The notes beneath the pieces were generated by a model. The model searched no databases. It had not been told where the DNA came from and worked only from the letters and a program-made list of their open reading frames with translations. A stretch of DNA of 64,000 bases from assembly GCA_964016885.1 (NCBI GenBank), contig OZ024741.1, positions 149,048,001 to 149,112,000 on the forward strand, read 5' to 3'. The translations under genes were made by a program, and so were the position numbers. This document shows, in pieces, positions 36,070 through 53,687 of this stretch (the stretch's first letter is position 1; each line of letters begins with the position of its first letter). This DNA comes from Eledone cirrhosa (taxonomy: Eukaryota).

Positions 36070-36197
36070 GATTTATTATGGCTGAGTGGTGAGTTTAGTT
36101 ACGCTGGTGTTTCACCTGCTCACTCACTCTGATGACCCTATTAGTGAGCAGGTGAAACTCCAGAGTGACAGGACTCACTATCTAGTCGTAATAAATG
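36070..36197. repeat. Fold-back with ~55-bp arms around a degenerate HHR core
   Basis: Perfect GTTTCACCTGCTCACT/AGTGAGCAGGTGAAAC with imperfect outer arms. CTGATGA lies in the loop; GAAACTCCAGAGT lies in the right arm. Confidence 0.7.
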
Positions 36198-36332
36198 AAT
36201 ATTTAAACTCTACTTTGGTATTAAGTACTTTTTCTCTCTCAGTCGTTAACTACATACAAATACATACATATATATACATACATATATATTTGGAAGAAAT
36301 AGGAAGCTGAGTGTTACTTGATAAAGTGTATT

Positions 36333-37469
<1,137 letters not shown>

Positions 37470-37539
37470 GTAATTCCGTCGGAAAAGTTCAGGAAAAAAG
37501 GTTTTTAGAATCCAATATCAATAAATACACCAGAATTTT

Positions 37540-37597
37540 TTCATTCTGATGATTGAGAGCAAAATTTTTTGCTTTTAAGAAACCACTGGTAAATGGA
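37540..37597 (+). ncRNA. Type I hammerhead ribozyme motif
   Basis: TTCATT-CTGATGA-TTGAGAGCAAAA/TTTTGCTTTTAA-GAAA-CCACTGG-TA-AATGGA; GUA cleavage triplet. Confidence 0.85.
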
Positions 37598-37644
37598 ATA
37601 ATTGCCTTATGTTGTTTATTACATAACTATATATATATATATAT

Positions 37645-38512
37645 ATCATCATCATAATCGTCATCGTTTTCATGTCTGTTTTTCCATGCTTGCATGGGTT
37701 CCTTTGTCATCTCCTCTGTGAGTCTCAACGACTTGAGATCAGCTCTCACCACCTCTGCCCAGGTCTTTCTTAGTCTGCTTCTACTCTGGCTTCCTTCCGC
37801 TGGCATTTCCTGGCACTTCCACACCCAGTGATCATCATCCATTATCATCACATGTCTGTACCAATACAGTCTTCTCTCCTGCACACCACTTCAGATTCCT
37901 CTTAAACCCAGCTTCTCCCTCAGCTCATCCAAGCTCTGCCTTTTTCTCAAATTAACATTGCACATCCAACGAAGCATGGTTGCTCCATTTCTCTCAAGTC
38001 TATGCATGTCTTTGCAGTCACAGCCCATGTTTTACTACCTCACAGAATCACACTTCACAAACAGGCATCATACAATCGTCCTTTTGTATGTAGGAAGAAA
38101 CCATTTGTTGTGAACAGTGGGAGTAGCTTTCTAAACGTTTCCTATCCTATTCTAGCTTATTCTCTCAGAGCAACCTCTTATATTGCTAATTAAGTCACAT
38201 AGATACTCAAAGCTATCAACCACTTCTATGGAACCTTCCCATGACTGGAAAAGATATATATCACGTTTTTCCCCTCAATTACCCCTGGGCACCTACATAC
38301 GAATCTTCCCTTCCTGTGAGTCTACCTGTTATCTCACATCTCTTGCATACCCACTTATTCTCTAGTTCTTTTACAGATTGAGCTATAAGGACCAGATCAT
38401 TCACATAGAGAAGCTCCCATAGACAACCATCTTAAACTCTTGATATAGCCTGGAGAACTATTATGGATAGCAATGGGCTAAGAACTGAATCCTGAAGAAC
38501 TCTTCCCTGCAT
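37645..38512 (-). mobile_element. RTE-clade LINE 3' fragment (degenerate)
   Basis: RRLYWYRHVMIMDDDHWVWK...SRSRLRKTWAEVVRADL is typical of an RTE ORF C-terminus. 3' end CATGCAAGCATGGAAAAACAGAC...(GAT)n. Confidence 0.8.
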
Positions 38513-38514
38513 TC

Positions 38515-38592
38515 GTGAGTTTGTCAGTTCGATTCCTGGACCGGGTGATGCGTTATGTCCCTGAGCAAGACACTTTATTTCACGTTGCTCCT
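38515..38592 (+). mobile_element. SINE fragment (related to 34034-34328 and 42847-42988)
   Basis: B box GTTCGATTCC followed by CTGAGCAAGACACTTTATTTCACGTTGCTCC. Confidence 0.75.
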
Positions 38593-38672
38593 TCTACTTG
38601 GAGTTGCGACCGATAGATAGTATTAACAATTGGAAAGACCAACGGAAATATTGTTTCCTCGGTCCGATTTGG

Positions 38673-40480
<1,808 letters not shown>

Positions 40481-40499
40481 CTGGTCTCGTATCGATTTC

Positions 40500-42287
<1,788 letters not shown>

Positions 42288-42426
42288 TACCTCCCTCTGC
42301 CTCTATCTTTACTTCGGCCCTTGAAAAAATTGATTCCACTTCATTTACTCTCATCTCGGGAACAGTTTTGGATAGCGCTAGTTCGTAATTTAAATTCAAG
42401 AATTTAATATTCTTCGAATGAAAAGA

Positions 42427-42510
42427 ACCTTCTGACGAGAATCTTTCTTTGCAACGAAGGCCGTATGGTCTCCGTTTATTTTTGAGATTCGAAACCGATT
42501 CGGTAAAGGT
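42427..42510 (+). ncRNA. Type I hammerhead ribozyme motif with extended stem II
   Basis: ACCTT-CTGACGA-GAATCT...AGATTC-GAAA-CCGATTCGG-TA-AAGGT; all three stems are Watson-Crick next to the core; GUA triplet. Confidence 0.9.
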
Positions 42511-42605
42511 AACTATAGCAGGTAAAGTCAATTTTTTAAAATTTATTTTGAAACTTTTTCATTATTTGCTAAACCTTGATTACATATATATATATATATA
42601 TATAT

Positions 42606-42770
<165 letters not shown>

Positions 42771-42846
42771 TATATATATACATATTTATATATATAATAA
42801 TAATAATAATATTAGTTATACTTATATATAAACTATATGTGAAGAA

Positions 42847-42988
42847 GGCGCATGGCTTAGTGGTTAGAGTATTGGGCTTGCAATCGAAAGGTTGTGAGTT
42901 CAATTCTCGAACCGGGTGATGTGTTGTTTCCTTGAGCAAGACACTTTATTTCACGTTGCTCCAGTTTACTCAGCTGTAGAAATGAGTA
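42847..42988 (+). mobile_element. tRNA-derived SINE, 3'-truncated
   Basis: GGCGCATGGCTTAGTGGTTAGAG...GAGTTCAATTCTC; closely similar to the head and body of the SINE at 34190-34328. Confidence 0.88.
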
Positions 42989-43222
42989 CCGGCCTGCTCG
43001 CCCAGCCAGCGGGATGGCGTTATCTTATGGCTAAAACAGCACGACGTGCTGTGAACAGCGGCGCCGATTGGCGCCCGGCAGACTGGTCGGTGAAGGTGAT
43101 CAAGGTAATATGAACTATATATAATTAAGGAAACGTCAGTATTTTTTTTATTTTTTACCACCTTATTAACAGTATGAAAAATAGTTCAATGTAAATACAT
43201 CAGATGTCTTACAGAGCAGGAG

Positions 43223-43436
43223 TATAAAGTACAGAACAATTAAAACTATGTTTAATACATTTTATTGCTGACAATCGGAGCATTGGCAAAGTTGAAACAC
43301 ATAACTAAATTCCTATTCCACAGAACAATCATAAAGATGTTCAAACTTTGCCAATTATCCGATGTTCCCAAACGGCTGTTTGGAAGAAACGATTGTCAGC
43401 AATAAAATGTATTAAGCATAGTTTTGATTGCTCTGT

Positions 43437-43444
<8 letters not shown>
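43223..43444. repeat. Branched fold-back (~55-bp outer inverted arms) next to (TA)n
   Basis: TATAAAGTACAGAACAATTAAAACTATGTTTAATACATTTTATTGCTGACAATCG is inverted at ~43390-43444. Inner hairpins TTGGCAAAGTT/AACTTTGCCAA and CCAAAC/GTTTGG. Confidence 0.85.
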
Positions 43445-43489
<45 letters not shown>

Positions 43490-43528
43490 GATATTGAAAA
43501 ATGGAAACTATATTTATAAAACCATATT

Positions 43529-43593
43529 TATTTCATTATACATATTTCAAGGACACCAAGTTAAATTATGGTGTGTTTTCATCAGATAAAATA
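43529..43593 (-). ncRNA. Minimal type I hammerhead ribozyme motif
   Basis: Minus strand TATTTTAT-CTGATGA-AAACACACCA...TGGTGTCCTT-GAAA-TATGTAT-A-ATGAAATA; same family as 63011-63075. Confidence 0.82.
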
Positions 43594-44709
43594 TAATATA
43601 GAGCAGTTTTATAAATAAATATTGACATACCCTTAAAGAATGCAACCATTACTGTTGGAAGCTCCCGGATAGTGGAGTTATATATACTTATAGTATTAGG
43701 TAAGTTAGTATTGGATATTTTTAAATAAGCCGTTGGGTTACGGAGAAAGAGAAAGAGAGAGAGCAGAATAACAGAGAGAAAAACGAGAGAAAAAAGAGAG
43801 AGAGCATAACAACAGAGAGAGAAAAGAAATAGAAATAGAAAAAAGAAAAAGAGAGAGAGGAGAAAGGGAAAGGAGAGAGAGAGTGAAAACTCCAAGTCAT
43901 ATCTTGTTGATTTATCTTAACATTTGAGATGAAATGAATAAATAAAATTAGAAATGTTAATAATCATGAATGGAATATACATATATAATATGAGAAATTT
44001 AACCATTCTTTATATATGATTAAATGTTTAGTTAATCGGTTATAATATTGAGATCAATACTTTAAAAATTGAGATCTATATATTAAGAAATTTATGAAGA
44101 TAAATTTAAAGGATTTACGAAGCCCGCGAAAGAAAGAAAATATACATATAATGTTCAATATTCCCACAAAGGTAAATCCTTTAAATTTGTCTTCATAAAA
44201 TTTTGAATTTTAGAAATTTAACATAATTATATTATAATATTAATACAAATACCCATCAACTTTTAAAACCTAAAATTTTGATTCATTAGCCTGAAATAAC
44301 ATAAATTAAATATTTTGAAAATTAACCGCCAAAACTATATATGAATATGTGTGTATATAGAAACTTGAGCATAAATTACTCCCCTTTGTCTATCCCTCTC
44401 TTTATTTATCTGTCATTTGTCTTCTCAAACTAAATACTAAATAAGTTATAACTTCAGCTACGCCTTCCTCTATACTTTCTTCTACCGCATAGTTCTATAG
44501 TAGTATCTTAAATATTAAAAATTCTATAACTGTTGCATTTAGGCAATGTATTTCTTAAAATATATTACTCACACTCTCTCTATTAATTCTATTACGTTTT
44601 CTCATGTTCTCAATATTAGGGTATAAATATTGAGTTTTCTCATAAGTTAATCACTACCTTCATTAAATCTTAACCATTTATCATGTCAGGGTATGTCATG
44701 TATCATTTT

Positions 44710-44774
44710 ATTTTATCTGACGAGGAAGTACTGTTGAACTTAATTCAGTACCTCTGAAATATGTATAATAAAAT
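44710..44774 (+). ncRNA. Minimal type I hammerhead ribozyme motif
   Basis: ATTTTAT-CTGACGA-GGAAGTACTG...CAGTACCTCT-GAAA-TATGTAT-A-ATAAAAT. Confidence 0.85.
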
Positions 44775-44909
44775 TTAATTGATCACAAGAATATCTATTT
44801 TGTTAATATTTGAATTAATATTAATAACTCTGGAAAATATTTCTGTAGAGTGCTTCCAATCTACTGTAAAACTCATTCTTTGATATACTCATTGAATCTT
44901 GTTTAACTC

Positions 44910-44998
<89 letters not shown>

Positions 44999-45340
44999 AG
45001 TGGAAGCTTAGTAAAATCGAAGCTTTGGCTGCGGCCAAGCAAAGTCGACCTACAATTAGGAATGAGTAGCTCTATAACTCTATAACTAAGCACTCTATTA
45101 ACTAAGCACTCTATTACTCCTTAGAGTAATAACATACGTTTAAATAGCTTGACAAATTGAAAATTGCGGTAGGCAACACCCAACCATACAATACCAAAAC
45201 AACGAAAGAACAGGTTAAAAACAGATCTGGACAGATCGGACGATATTCTGCCATACGTCCGATATGTTTCTATGAATCCGAAATCATCTATGCAACTTAC
45301 GTTACACGTAAGCTTGTGGTATTCTATGATCGAATAGGGG

Positions 45341-45380
<40 letters not shown>

Positions 45381-45660
45381 TTTTAAGACTATATAGAGCA
45401 TTTGTAGTTTTTCCAAATTGAAGGATGAGTATTTAAACTTTATTTTATTCTGAGTTAAGACTCTATTGGTTTTTTCCCTGGATTTCACAAAATCTGTGGA
45501 TAAAATCTCTCTATGGATTTATTTTTAATTGAGTTTGAATTATTTTCCCATATCTTACGTCAAATATTTTCCATTTTGACGTTATAGTCATTTATATATT
45601 ATGAAATACTGTTGGCTTCTTTCTCACATTAATTTTTCTATTTTCATATATATATATATA

Positions 45661-47571
45661 TATTGTTATACTTGGGGAGGGTCATATTTGTGTAATATTG
45701 CCAGAATTAATAACAGAACACACTCACTGTTTGGTTGGTTTTCGCTTCTCGCTTTTGTGTCTTTTATATCGGTAATCTAACTTACTCGATCCTCAATGTT
45801 GCCATTGACTGACCGACGGTCAAAAATAATACAGATACAATATAGACACAAACACATATATATAGTTTATCATAAATCTTTCGTTGCACATCTGCAACAT
45901 CGTCAGTGGTGTTATATCTTCCTCCTGTTGTATTGTATGTCTACGCTATTTTTATTCAGTCTGTCTATATATTTATTTATTTATTTGCTTGTTTGTTTAT
46001 TTTATTTTGTCTTCTTTGCGCATGCGTTTGCGTGTGTGTATAGTGTTTTGTTTGCTGTGATGGGTGACTAGTGTGTGTTTATGTGCTTGTTGTTATTGTG
46101 CTTGTGTATGTATTTATTTATTTTATTTTATTTACTTATTTATACTTCTCTTAGGTCAGTGTTGTTTGTTTGGGTGTTGTTGTTATTCCATTCATTCTTT
46201 CTGTTTAGCCTTGGTCTTCTAATTTCTATTTCACTGGCCTATTTCTATGTTTAGATATTATTCTAATTTCTATGTTGTCTATGTTACCGTCATGTTGTTG
46301 TCTAGCATGTTCGTATAGTACTGACCCGTTTTTTCGTCCTTTTAGTTCCCCCCAGTGTTGGTCTATCCTTTCACCTATGCTACGAGCTGTCTCACCTATG
46401 TATGTTGTTCTCATGTTTCTGCAAGTACCCTCTGTACATCTTATGCTATAGACTACGTTTCTAGTTTTACAGTTTATCAGGGGGTTCACCTTACATATGA
46501 TACATTTCCTATTGGTACAGTGGGTTTTCTTAAAAGGGTAGGTTTTGCTGATCAGGGATTTTATGGTGGTTCCTGGCTTTTCTACCACCTTTATTTTTAA
46601 GTGGGTCTTTCTCAGGGCCTTTCTACACTGGTTAGCTAATTTCCCTCCAGGGGTGGCGTCCACAAACATGACACTCTGGTATCTCTGGTTGTCGTACCAT
46701 GAGGTGGCTTTCCCTATCTTATGTCTAGCCCTATCTAAGCTATTCCATGATTTGCTCCTGTATAATGGGCAAATTCCTTTCATGTCCAGTTCTATGAGGG
46801 TCTTATATACTTTTCCATGGCTCCTTCGTATACTCTGACTCTGTCTCTTTGGTTGTAGCCAGAGAACTGCATACGGTTGATGAAGTGTTGGATGTGTCTT
46901 TCCATTTCTGTTGGGTCGCACATGCGGGACACATTCTTTATCACTCGTACCAAATCTGCGATCAGAATATTAAACTTAGCACTACTGGACATTGCTGAGT
47001 TTTTGAGTATCAGGTATTTGGAGGCCACGGGTTTAGCATAGTGTGAGTGGAGAATTTGGGCTCTCTCGTCTATAGTGTTAATCCAGAGTTCTGTGTCTAA
47101 TACAGGTAGTCTATTGTTAGGGTGTTTGGAAGGGAAGTCGATAGTTACAGTTATACTCTGGTGTATGGAATTAGCTATCTACTGGATGCTTTCCATCGTG
47201 CTACGTTCTAAATCAAACTTGTTAGTGCTCTCTAGTGGGGGTGTTCTTATAACTATATTGATATCGTCTACATAACGAGAGTACATGATGAGGTCTATGG
47301 AGCTCTCATTAAGGAGATCTTTAAGTCTCCTTTCCCACCATACCATGAAAAGGTTGGCAACATCACCAGCTATGCTGACGCCGAAGGCTGCTCCCTCATT
47401 TTGGGTGTAGATCTTCTCGTTGAACTTAAATATGTGGCCCTTTAGGGTAGTTTTGATACTAGCCCCTATTGCATGTGCGACCATTTTTCTTACCTGATCA
47501 TTGTTTTGGGGGGTCCGTATAGCTTTGGTCCACCCAATCCACCTTCCCATGGGAGTCTCTTTTGCCATTGA
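45661..47571 (-). mobile_element. Inverted 5'-truncated copy of the Penelope-like element (RT C-terminal half, GIY-YIG, 3' UTR)
   Basis: Reverse complement of 54984-56901. ORF pieces 47179-47568 (RYVDD), 46792-47028 and 46226-46921 (YIGET). Ends in (TA)n. Confidence 0.95.
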
Positions 47572-48221
47572 TACACAACAAACATATCAAAACAAGTAAA
47601 TAATTTATTATTGAACAAAACACAAGCCGAACGACTAAAACACACAATAACAGTTAATATGAAAAGAACAACATACACAAAAGTCAACGCACTTTACAGA
47701 CAGAAACGCATTAACGGTAAGGAAATCCGAAATCTCATCACAGCAAACGAGAGAGATAACTTCATGAGCGTCATCCGACGTGAAACGAAATACGCTCGAA
47801 ACGAATGCAATAGGCATTTCAATAAGAAATTAGAATGGATGAATAAGAAAAAACTACAAGAAAGGAAAATCGAATATTCTCAAAAATACCCAGATAACAT
47901 CGACAATATCCGTATGACTGATGTAAAACTACCGGAAGAATTTACCAATGACCACACAGTAAATATCTATGGGAACACTTTAATCAGTGAACAAGAACAA
48001 CAAATCCTGCGGCTACCACCAAAATTTGCCATCTACAAAAAGATTAACCCTATGGAGTGCAAAACGGAGCTGGAAAAGTGTTTCACAAAAATACGTTGGA
48101 ATGCAAAGGTAAACAACAACAACAATAATAACGGTAGTAGTAATATAAACAATAACTCTGAGTATAGAAATAACAGCCATAACTATAACAATAGCAGGAA
48201 AATGAGAAATAGTGATAATGG

Positions 48222-48485
48222 TAAAGAAAAGTGATGTTTCTCTTTGTCGAATAAATAAATGCACAACCAAGTCTAACAATCATTTTATTTAATGCAATAA
48301 TTTAGTAAATTTCCTACAACGTCAATATTTTGAGGAGCGGATCTTTCCACGTCTGTTCATGTCCGTGGTCCAAAAAGAGTGAGTGAACCTGTGGCTGTGT
48401 CCGGGTGTATTTTTGCCTCCCCTCCCTGAAGGGTTGTTAAGGGGAGGCAACTGCTAGCTACCAAGCGACCATCTCAGCCACTACA
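48222..48485 (-). repeat. 3' LTR
   Basis: Direct repeat of 53424-53687; element strand TGTAG...TTTA. Confidence 0.95.
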
Positions 48486-48969
48486 TTCACCTCGGAGCAG
48501 ATTTTTTGTCGCAAAATCGTTAACAATGAAGCGAAGGTAGTTTACAAAATGTAGAAGGATGTATCAACAAATTCAAAATTAAAAAAAAAAATAATAAATA
48601 GGTTCATGTCTGCAAGCATTAACGCAGACAAAAAAAAAAAAAAAAAAAAAACGTACAGTAAAAGATGCAAAATGCATGAAAAGATAACACTCTTCGCAAT
48701 AAAGGGGCCCCGGATGCGATAAACAAGAAAAAAAATGTTTTGCTAGGCAATGAAAATGCCATATGTAGCATAGTTATAAAAATGCACTAAAAAAAAAGGG
48801 ACTGTGTCAGAATTGACAACAGTCGTAATGTTACGCAAAATATAATATATTGACACTGCCGTAGGCAGTCAAGAATCCAAAGGTAACAAAATGCAATGTA
48901 CAACAAAAACAATTGGAAGGAAAAAAATAACAAAACAAAACAAAAAAATAAAAAAAAAAAAAATACAAT

Positions 48970-51900
48970 TCAGTTTATATTACTGCATAGCTTACGGGGC
49001 CAATGCACCCTTCGCCCAGAACGGGTCGTAGTTCTGTGTGTTGATGGTGGGGGAGGGGAAGAAATAGGCCTGTGTGGCAAAGAAAAAGAGGGGGGCATTT
49101 GAGTTTCAAGTGTCATTGTGTCATTGTCCAGGTTTGCTCGTTTGAGACGATCAACGGAAACCGTTTCCCTGGAACCCCGAATGTCCAGTGTGAAATGTTT
49201 GTCTGTGCGAGCAAGCACACGATAGGGTCCAGAGTACGGCCGTTGAAGAGGGGGTCTCACGGCGTCGTCTCTAACGAACACATGGGTCCACAAGGCAATA
49301 TCCCTTGGGACGGCAGTTTTTACAGTCTGCTTCCTAGTGCCCATCGGTGGTAGATCCTTGAAATAAGAGTGAAGCCGGGACACGTAGGAAGCGGGGTCCT
49401 GCGAAGTCAAGTCAAAAGGGGCCAGCATTTGCCCCGGTAACGCCAGAGGCGTACCATAAACTAATTCGGCAGAGGAGAACCCAAGGTCCACCTTTACCGT
49501 CGACCGAATACCCAACAATACAATGGGTAGGTACTCGCTCCAACGTGAAGAGTCCATGGAAGCCCTTAAGGAGGCTTTGAGCTGCCTGTGGAATCTTTCC
49601 ACCATTCCGTTTGAGGCTGGGTGGTAAGCCGTGGTTCTTATTCGAGTAGCCCCCAGGATTTGGGTTAGCTCTCGGAAGAGGTTAGACTCGAATTGACGAC
49701 CACGATCTGTTGTTATGGTGGTTGGTACACCGAAACGAGCGATCCACGAAGATACGAGGGTACGGGCTGTGGTTTCGGCGGTGATATCTGTTATAGGGAC
49801 GGCTTCAGGCCAACGCAAAAAACGGTCAACAATCGTCAAAAGATACGAAAAACCACGACTAACCGGCCACGGGCCGACGATGTCCACATGAATGTGACGA
49901 AATCTTGCATCGGGGCAGGTGAAGGTTCCGAGAGGAGCCTTAACATGTCTATGAACTTTCGCTTGTTGGCAAGCGACACAGGAACGACACCAAGCAGCAA
50001 TGTCACGTCTCATACCAGGCCAGAAAAATCTGGCTGTTATGAGTTTTACTGAGGCTGATACTCCTGGGTGAGAAATGCCATGTAAAGCGAGAAACGCAGT
50101 TCGTCGATGTTCCACTGGGACTAGAGGTCGTGGTGAGTCCAACGAAACATCACACAGTATCTGTCCGTCAGCAGTTGAGATCGGAATGTATTTCAGTTTG
50201 CAATGTACAAACTCTGGCGATGTAACATCCAACGATTCGAGAGTGGGTTGGGCAGCTGCCATTCGATGTAAATCTATCTGCTCGGAAGACGAAATCGATG
50301 CGATCGGCAGGCGAGACAGCGCATCGGCCGCTGTATTCAAAGAACCCGGAATATGTTGAATGTCGTTCGTGAACTGTGAGATGAAGTCCAGATGTCTCGT
50401 TTCTCTGGGCGAGTATTTGTCTGCCTTAGTTCGAAGAGCAAACGTCAAGGGTTTATGATCAGTGAAAATGGTGAATGTTCTACCTTCAAGTACATGAGCA
50501 AAATGTTTCACTGATAAATAAATTGCTAATAGCTCCCTTCCAAAGGTGCTATAGCGAGTTTCTGCAGGCTTTAACTTCCTCGAAAAGAACTCGAGTGGTT
50601 GCTGTACCCCATCACCCTTCTGCTGTAAAACTGCGCCCACAGCGCTGTCCGAAGCATCAACACAGAGCGATAGCTCGGCGTTGGGTACTGGGTGGGCGAG
50701 CAAAGACGCGTTCGCTAACGCCTTTTTCACTTTTTTAAAATCATCAAGCTGCGTTTCATTTAAGGAAATGTCCATATTCTTACGCGGGCAACCCTTAAAA
50801 ATCTCTGTCAACGAGAACAACAATTTGGAACAACCAGGTACGAATCGCCTATAAAAATTTACAAGGCCCAGGAATTGACGCAATTGACGCAGTGAACTTG
50901 GCGGAGGCAAATCCGATACTGCCTTAACCTTCTCAGGAAGAGGTCGAATACCATCGGCGTCAATCAGATGGCCTAAAAATGTTAGTGAAGTCGAGCCGAA
51001 AACACACTTGGAAGCATTAATTCGAACATTATAGATCTGTAAACGACGAAATACGAGATCCAGATGCTTTGAATGCTACTGAGGGGAAGAACTAGCAATC
51101 AACACGTCGTCGATATACGTGTACACAAAATCCAGGCCCCGAGTAATATCATCCATAAATCGTTGGAAGGTACTTGCAGCGTTTCTAAGGCCGAAAGGCA
51201 TAGTGAGGAACTCGAACGATCCGAAAGGAGTGGCAATAGCAGTCTTTGGGATATCCTCCTCGTTAACCGGAATTTGGTTATAAGCGCGGATCAAATCAAG
51301 CTTAGAAAAGATTCTGCAACCCTGCAATGACGACGCAAAATCCTGCAAATGCGGGATTGGATAACGGTCAGGCACAGTAATCGCGTTTAAGCGTCGGTAG
51401 TCACCCGTCGGTCTCCAATCCCCAGAAGATCTAGGTACCATATGCAGAGGCGATGCCCAAGGACTTGTGGAGCGCCGAATTATTCCCAATTCCAGCATGT
51501 GGTCGAATTCAAGACGTGCAGCTTTCAACTTCTCTGTAGACAATCTTCGAGGACGTGAGAAAACAGGTGGACCTGTAGTGGATATGAAGTGTTCAATCGC
51601 GTGGTCCGGGCTAGTTATTCGTAACTTTCCCTGCGTCAACTGAGGGAATGAATGCAGCAGGCTTTGATACTGGTTGCCCACTTCAGCCAAGAAAAAGGAA
51701 GGGCTGACGGTGGCGACGTCCGGCTCAGAACCCTCGAAAGAAAGGCCTGTTTCAGCATCAACAAGGCGTTGTCTGCGAATGTCCACCAACAAGGGAAAAT
51801 GGTGGAGAAAATCCGCTCCCAAAATGGCGTATGGCAAGTCGGCGACAGTAAACTTCCACCTCAAATCACGCCGCAAATTTTTTAACCGAAGAGGAAGCGA

Positions 51901-52125
51901 AATTTGCCCATACGTTCGAATGGCCGTGTGGTTGACTGCTCGTAGATTTATATCTGCTTCGGCTGGGCTTTTTTTGAGATAACTGACTGGCCAAATACTC
52001 AGCGACGCGCCAGTATCGACAAGGAAAAATTTTTTTGACCGCAGGTCGTATACGAAAAGATGGCGGTTCGGTCGGTTTTCCCAGAGTTCACTAGCCGCTC
52101 CTAGTGGCTCTGCTTGGCGTTTCCC
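48970..52125 (-). pseudogene. pol: Gypsy pol (protease, RT, RNase H, integrase) with one in-frame TAG
   Basis: One frame from the slippery site: [21 protein letters not shown] at 51076-51078, DASD..VGAVL, HHCC zinc finger, DDE core (IHVDIVG, ITTDRG, GMVER), GPY module. Confidence 0.92.
52081..52125 (-). promoter_or_regulatory. Programmed -1 ribosomal frameshift signal (gag-pol)
   Basis: G GGA AAC heptamer in the gag frame (52125-52119), a 6-nt spacer, then stem-loop CAGAG-C-CACTAG/CTAGTG-AA-CTCTG. pol is in the -1 frame. Confidence 0.8.
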
Positions 52126-52886
52126 GATCTCTTATAATCACAGGGCGTGCGACAACGTTGCGCCCTACTGCCGAAGTTAGCATGGTACCAACACAACGAA
52201 GAATTATTGTTGCCTGCATTGTAGTGCTGGCGATGAATAGAGGACGGCGGCGAACGATACCTCAAACGTTGAGAAGGCTCTCTGTGATGTACCGTCAAAT
52301 CCTCTACCTTTTTGGTGAGAGCTTCAATCAACTCCAACAGTTTGCCGTCGGCCACAGAAGAACTGCGTGGAGGGACGCAAGCTGAAGCCACATATGGGTT
52401 ATGCTGATTGCTGTTCGAGTCCACCTCAAGTATCCTATCCGCGGACGCGGCAAGTTGCTCCAGTGAATCCTTCTCTAAACTATTGACCAATATTCTTTGC
52501 GCACTTGGTGGTAGGCGTGAGAAAAAAAGTTGCTTTATGAAGGGGGTGTCAATCCTCTGGGAGTCGCTCAACTCCCGCAAATGTCGCAAATAGGAGCTCG
52601 GCTTCCTGTCACCCATTTGAGCATCGTCCAACAACTCCCGCAAACGGCTCTCTACCGACTTGGTATTTCGGCGAAGGATTTCTTTTTTTAATGAGCCGTA
52701 GGTAACGTCGGCGTCTAAATCCGTCACAACGTCCTTCACCGAGAATGCCAAGGAAACAGGTAGGCCATTGATCAGGACCTTCAGCTTATGCTGTTCCTTT
52801 GTCTTCGTCAATTCGAAGAAACATTCCAGCTGCGCAAACCACAACTTGATGTCGCCTGCGAAGGACGGCAAATGATGTTGACTCAT
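52101..52886 (-). CDS. gag: Gypsy Gag (261 aa)
   Basis: LPSF...[38 protein letters not shown] (CX2HX9CX3C). Confidence 0.92.
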   Translation of the reverse strand: MSQHHLPSFAGDIKLWFAQLECFFELTKTKEQHKLKVLINGLPVSLAFSVKDVVTDLDADVTYGSLKKEILRRNTKSVESRLRELLDDAQMGDRKPSSYLRHLRELSDSQRIDTPFIKQLFFSRLPPSAQRILVNSLEKDSLEQLAASADRILEVDSNSNQHNPYVASACVPPRSSSVADGKLLELIEALTKKVEDLTVHHREPSQRLRYRSPPSSIHRQHYNAGNNNSSLCWYHANFGSRAQRCRTPCDYKRSGNAKQSH

Positions 52887-53408
52887 GGTGCCACGTATTT
52901 GATGACTTTTTGGTGTTGGTCAATAGTTAGCCAGGTGTTGCTGCTGATTGCTGGTAATTTTTTTTCTTTAAAAAAAAATATCCCAAAGAAAATTTTAATA
53001 ATAAAAAAAAAATCATTTTCTATGAAAATTAATGGTAAGGAAATCCAAGATGGCTGATTTAAAAATGTGTCCGTGATGAAGCCGTCATGAAGCACGATGC
53101 AGCCAATCAGATGGCTGGGATTGGAGAAGACAGGCTGAACGCGGGAAAACGAAATATCTCCATTTGTAATTTCCACAGGATGTTGGAAGCAAAATTCTAT
53201 TTCCAGAGAAATCCTTTTTTTTTTTTTTTTTTTTTTTTTTGTTGTGTGTTGTATTTTTGTGTTTGTCTGTATGCGTGCTATAACAAATGGAATATAATGA
53301 ATTTTATGGACTTACGCTAAGTGATTCGGACATTCCAAATGTTAAGCCATTCCACATTGCCGTTAAAAAGAATTTCGGACTCCAATAGGCTGCGTTTTCA
53401 TTCTTTAT

Positions 53409-53422
53409 CGTCAGGGTCGCCA
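53409..53422 (-). promoter_or_regulatory. Primer-binding site
   Basis: TGGCGACCCTGACG begins 1 nt inside the 5' LTR boundary; close to the tRNA-Trp-type PBS TGGTGACCCCGACG of CsRn1-like elements. Confidence 0.75.
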
Positions 53423-53423
53423 A

Positions 53424-53687
53424 TAAAGAAAAGTGATGTTTCTCTTTGTCGAATAAATAAATGCACAACCAAGTCTAACAATCATTTTATTTAATGCAAT
53501 AATTTAGTAAATTTCCTACAACGTCAATATTTTGAGGAGCGGATCTTTCCACGTCTGTTCATGTCCGTGGTCCAGAAAGAGTGAGTGAACCTGTGGCTGT
53601 GTCCGGGTGTATTTTTGCCTCCCTTCCCTGAAGGGTTGTTAAGGGGAGGCAACTGCTAGCTACCAAGCGACCATCTCAGCCACTACA
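53424..53687 (-). repeat. 5' LTR
   Basis: Direct repeat of 48222-48485, adjacent to the PBS. Confidence 0.95.

Larger units (their letters stand above)
48222..53687 (-). mobile_element. Ty3/Gypsy LTR retrotransposon, CsRn1-like lineage
   Basis: 264-bp LTRs (48222-48485, 53424-53687) with 2 differences by eye. 4-bp TSD ATGG (48218-48221 / 53688-53691). Domain order PR-RT-RH-IN; CHCC Gag finger; PBS TGGCGACCCTGACG. Confidence 0.95.

Noticed and set aside
42847-42920. tRNA gene (also 34255-34328 and 1500-1595)
   Set aside because: A/B boxes are present but there is no proper acceptor stem, and each continues into a SINE body.
49072-53320. Plus-strand ORFs over the Gypsy element
   Set aside because: Antisense shadows of gag/pol or the AT-rich leader, with no independent motifs.
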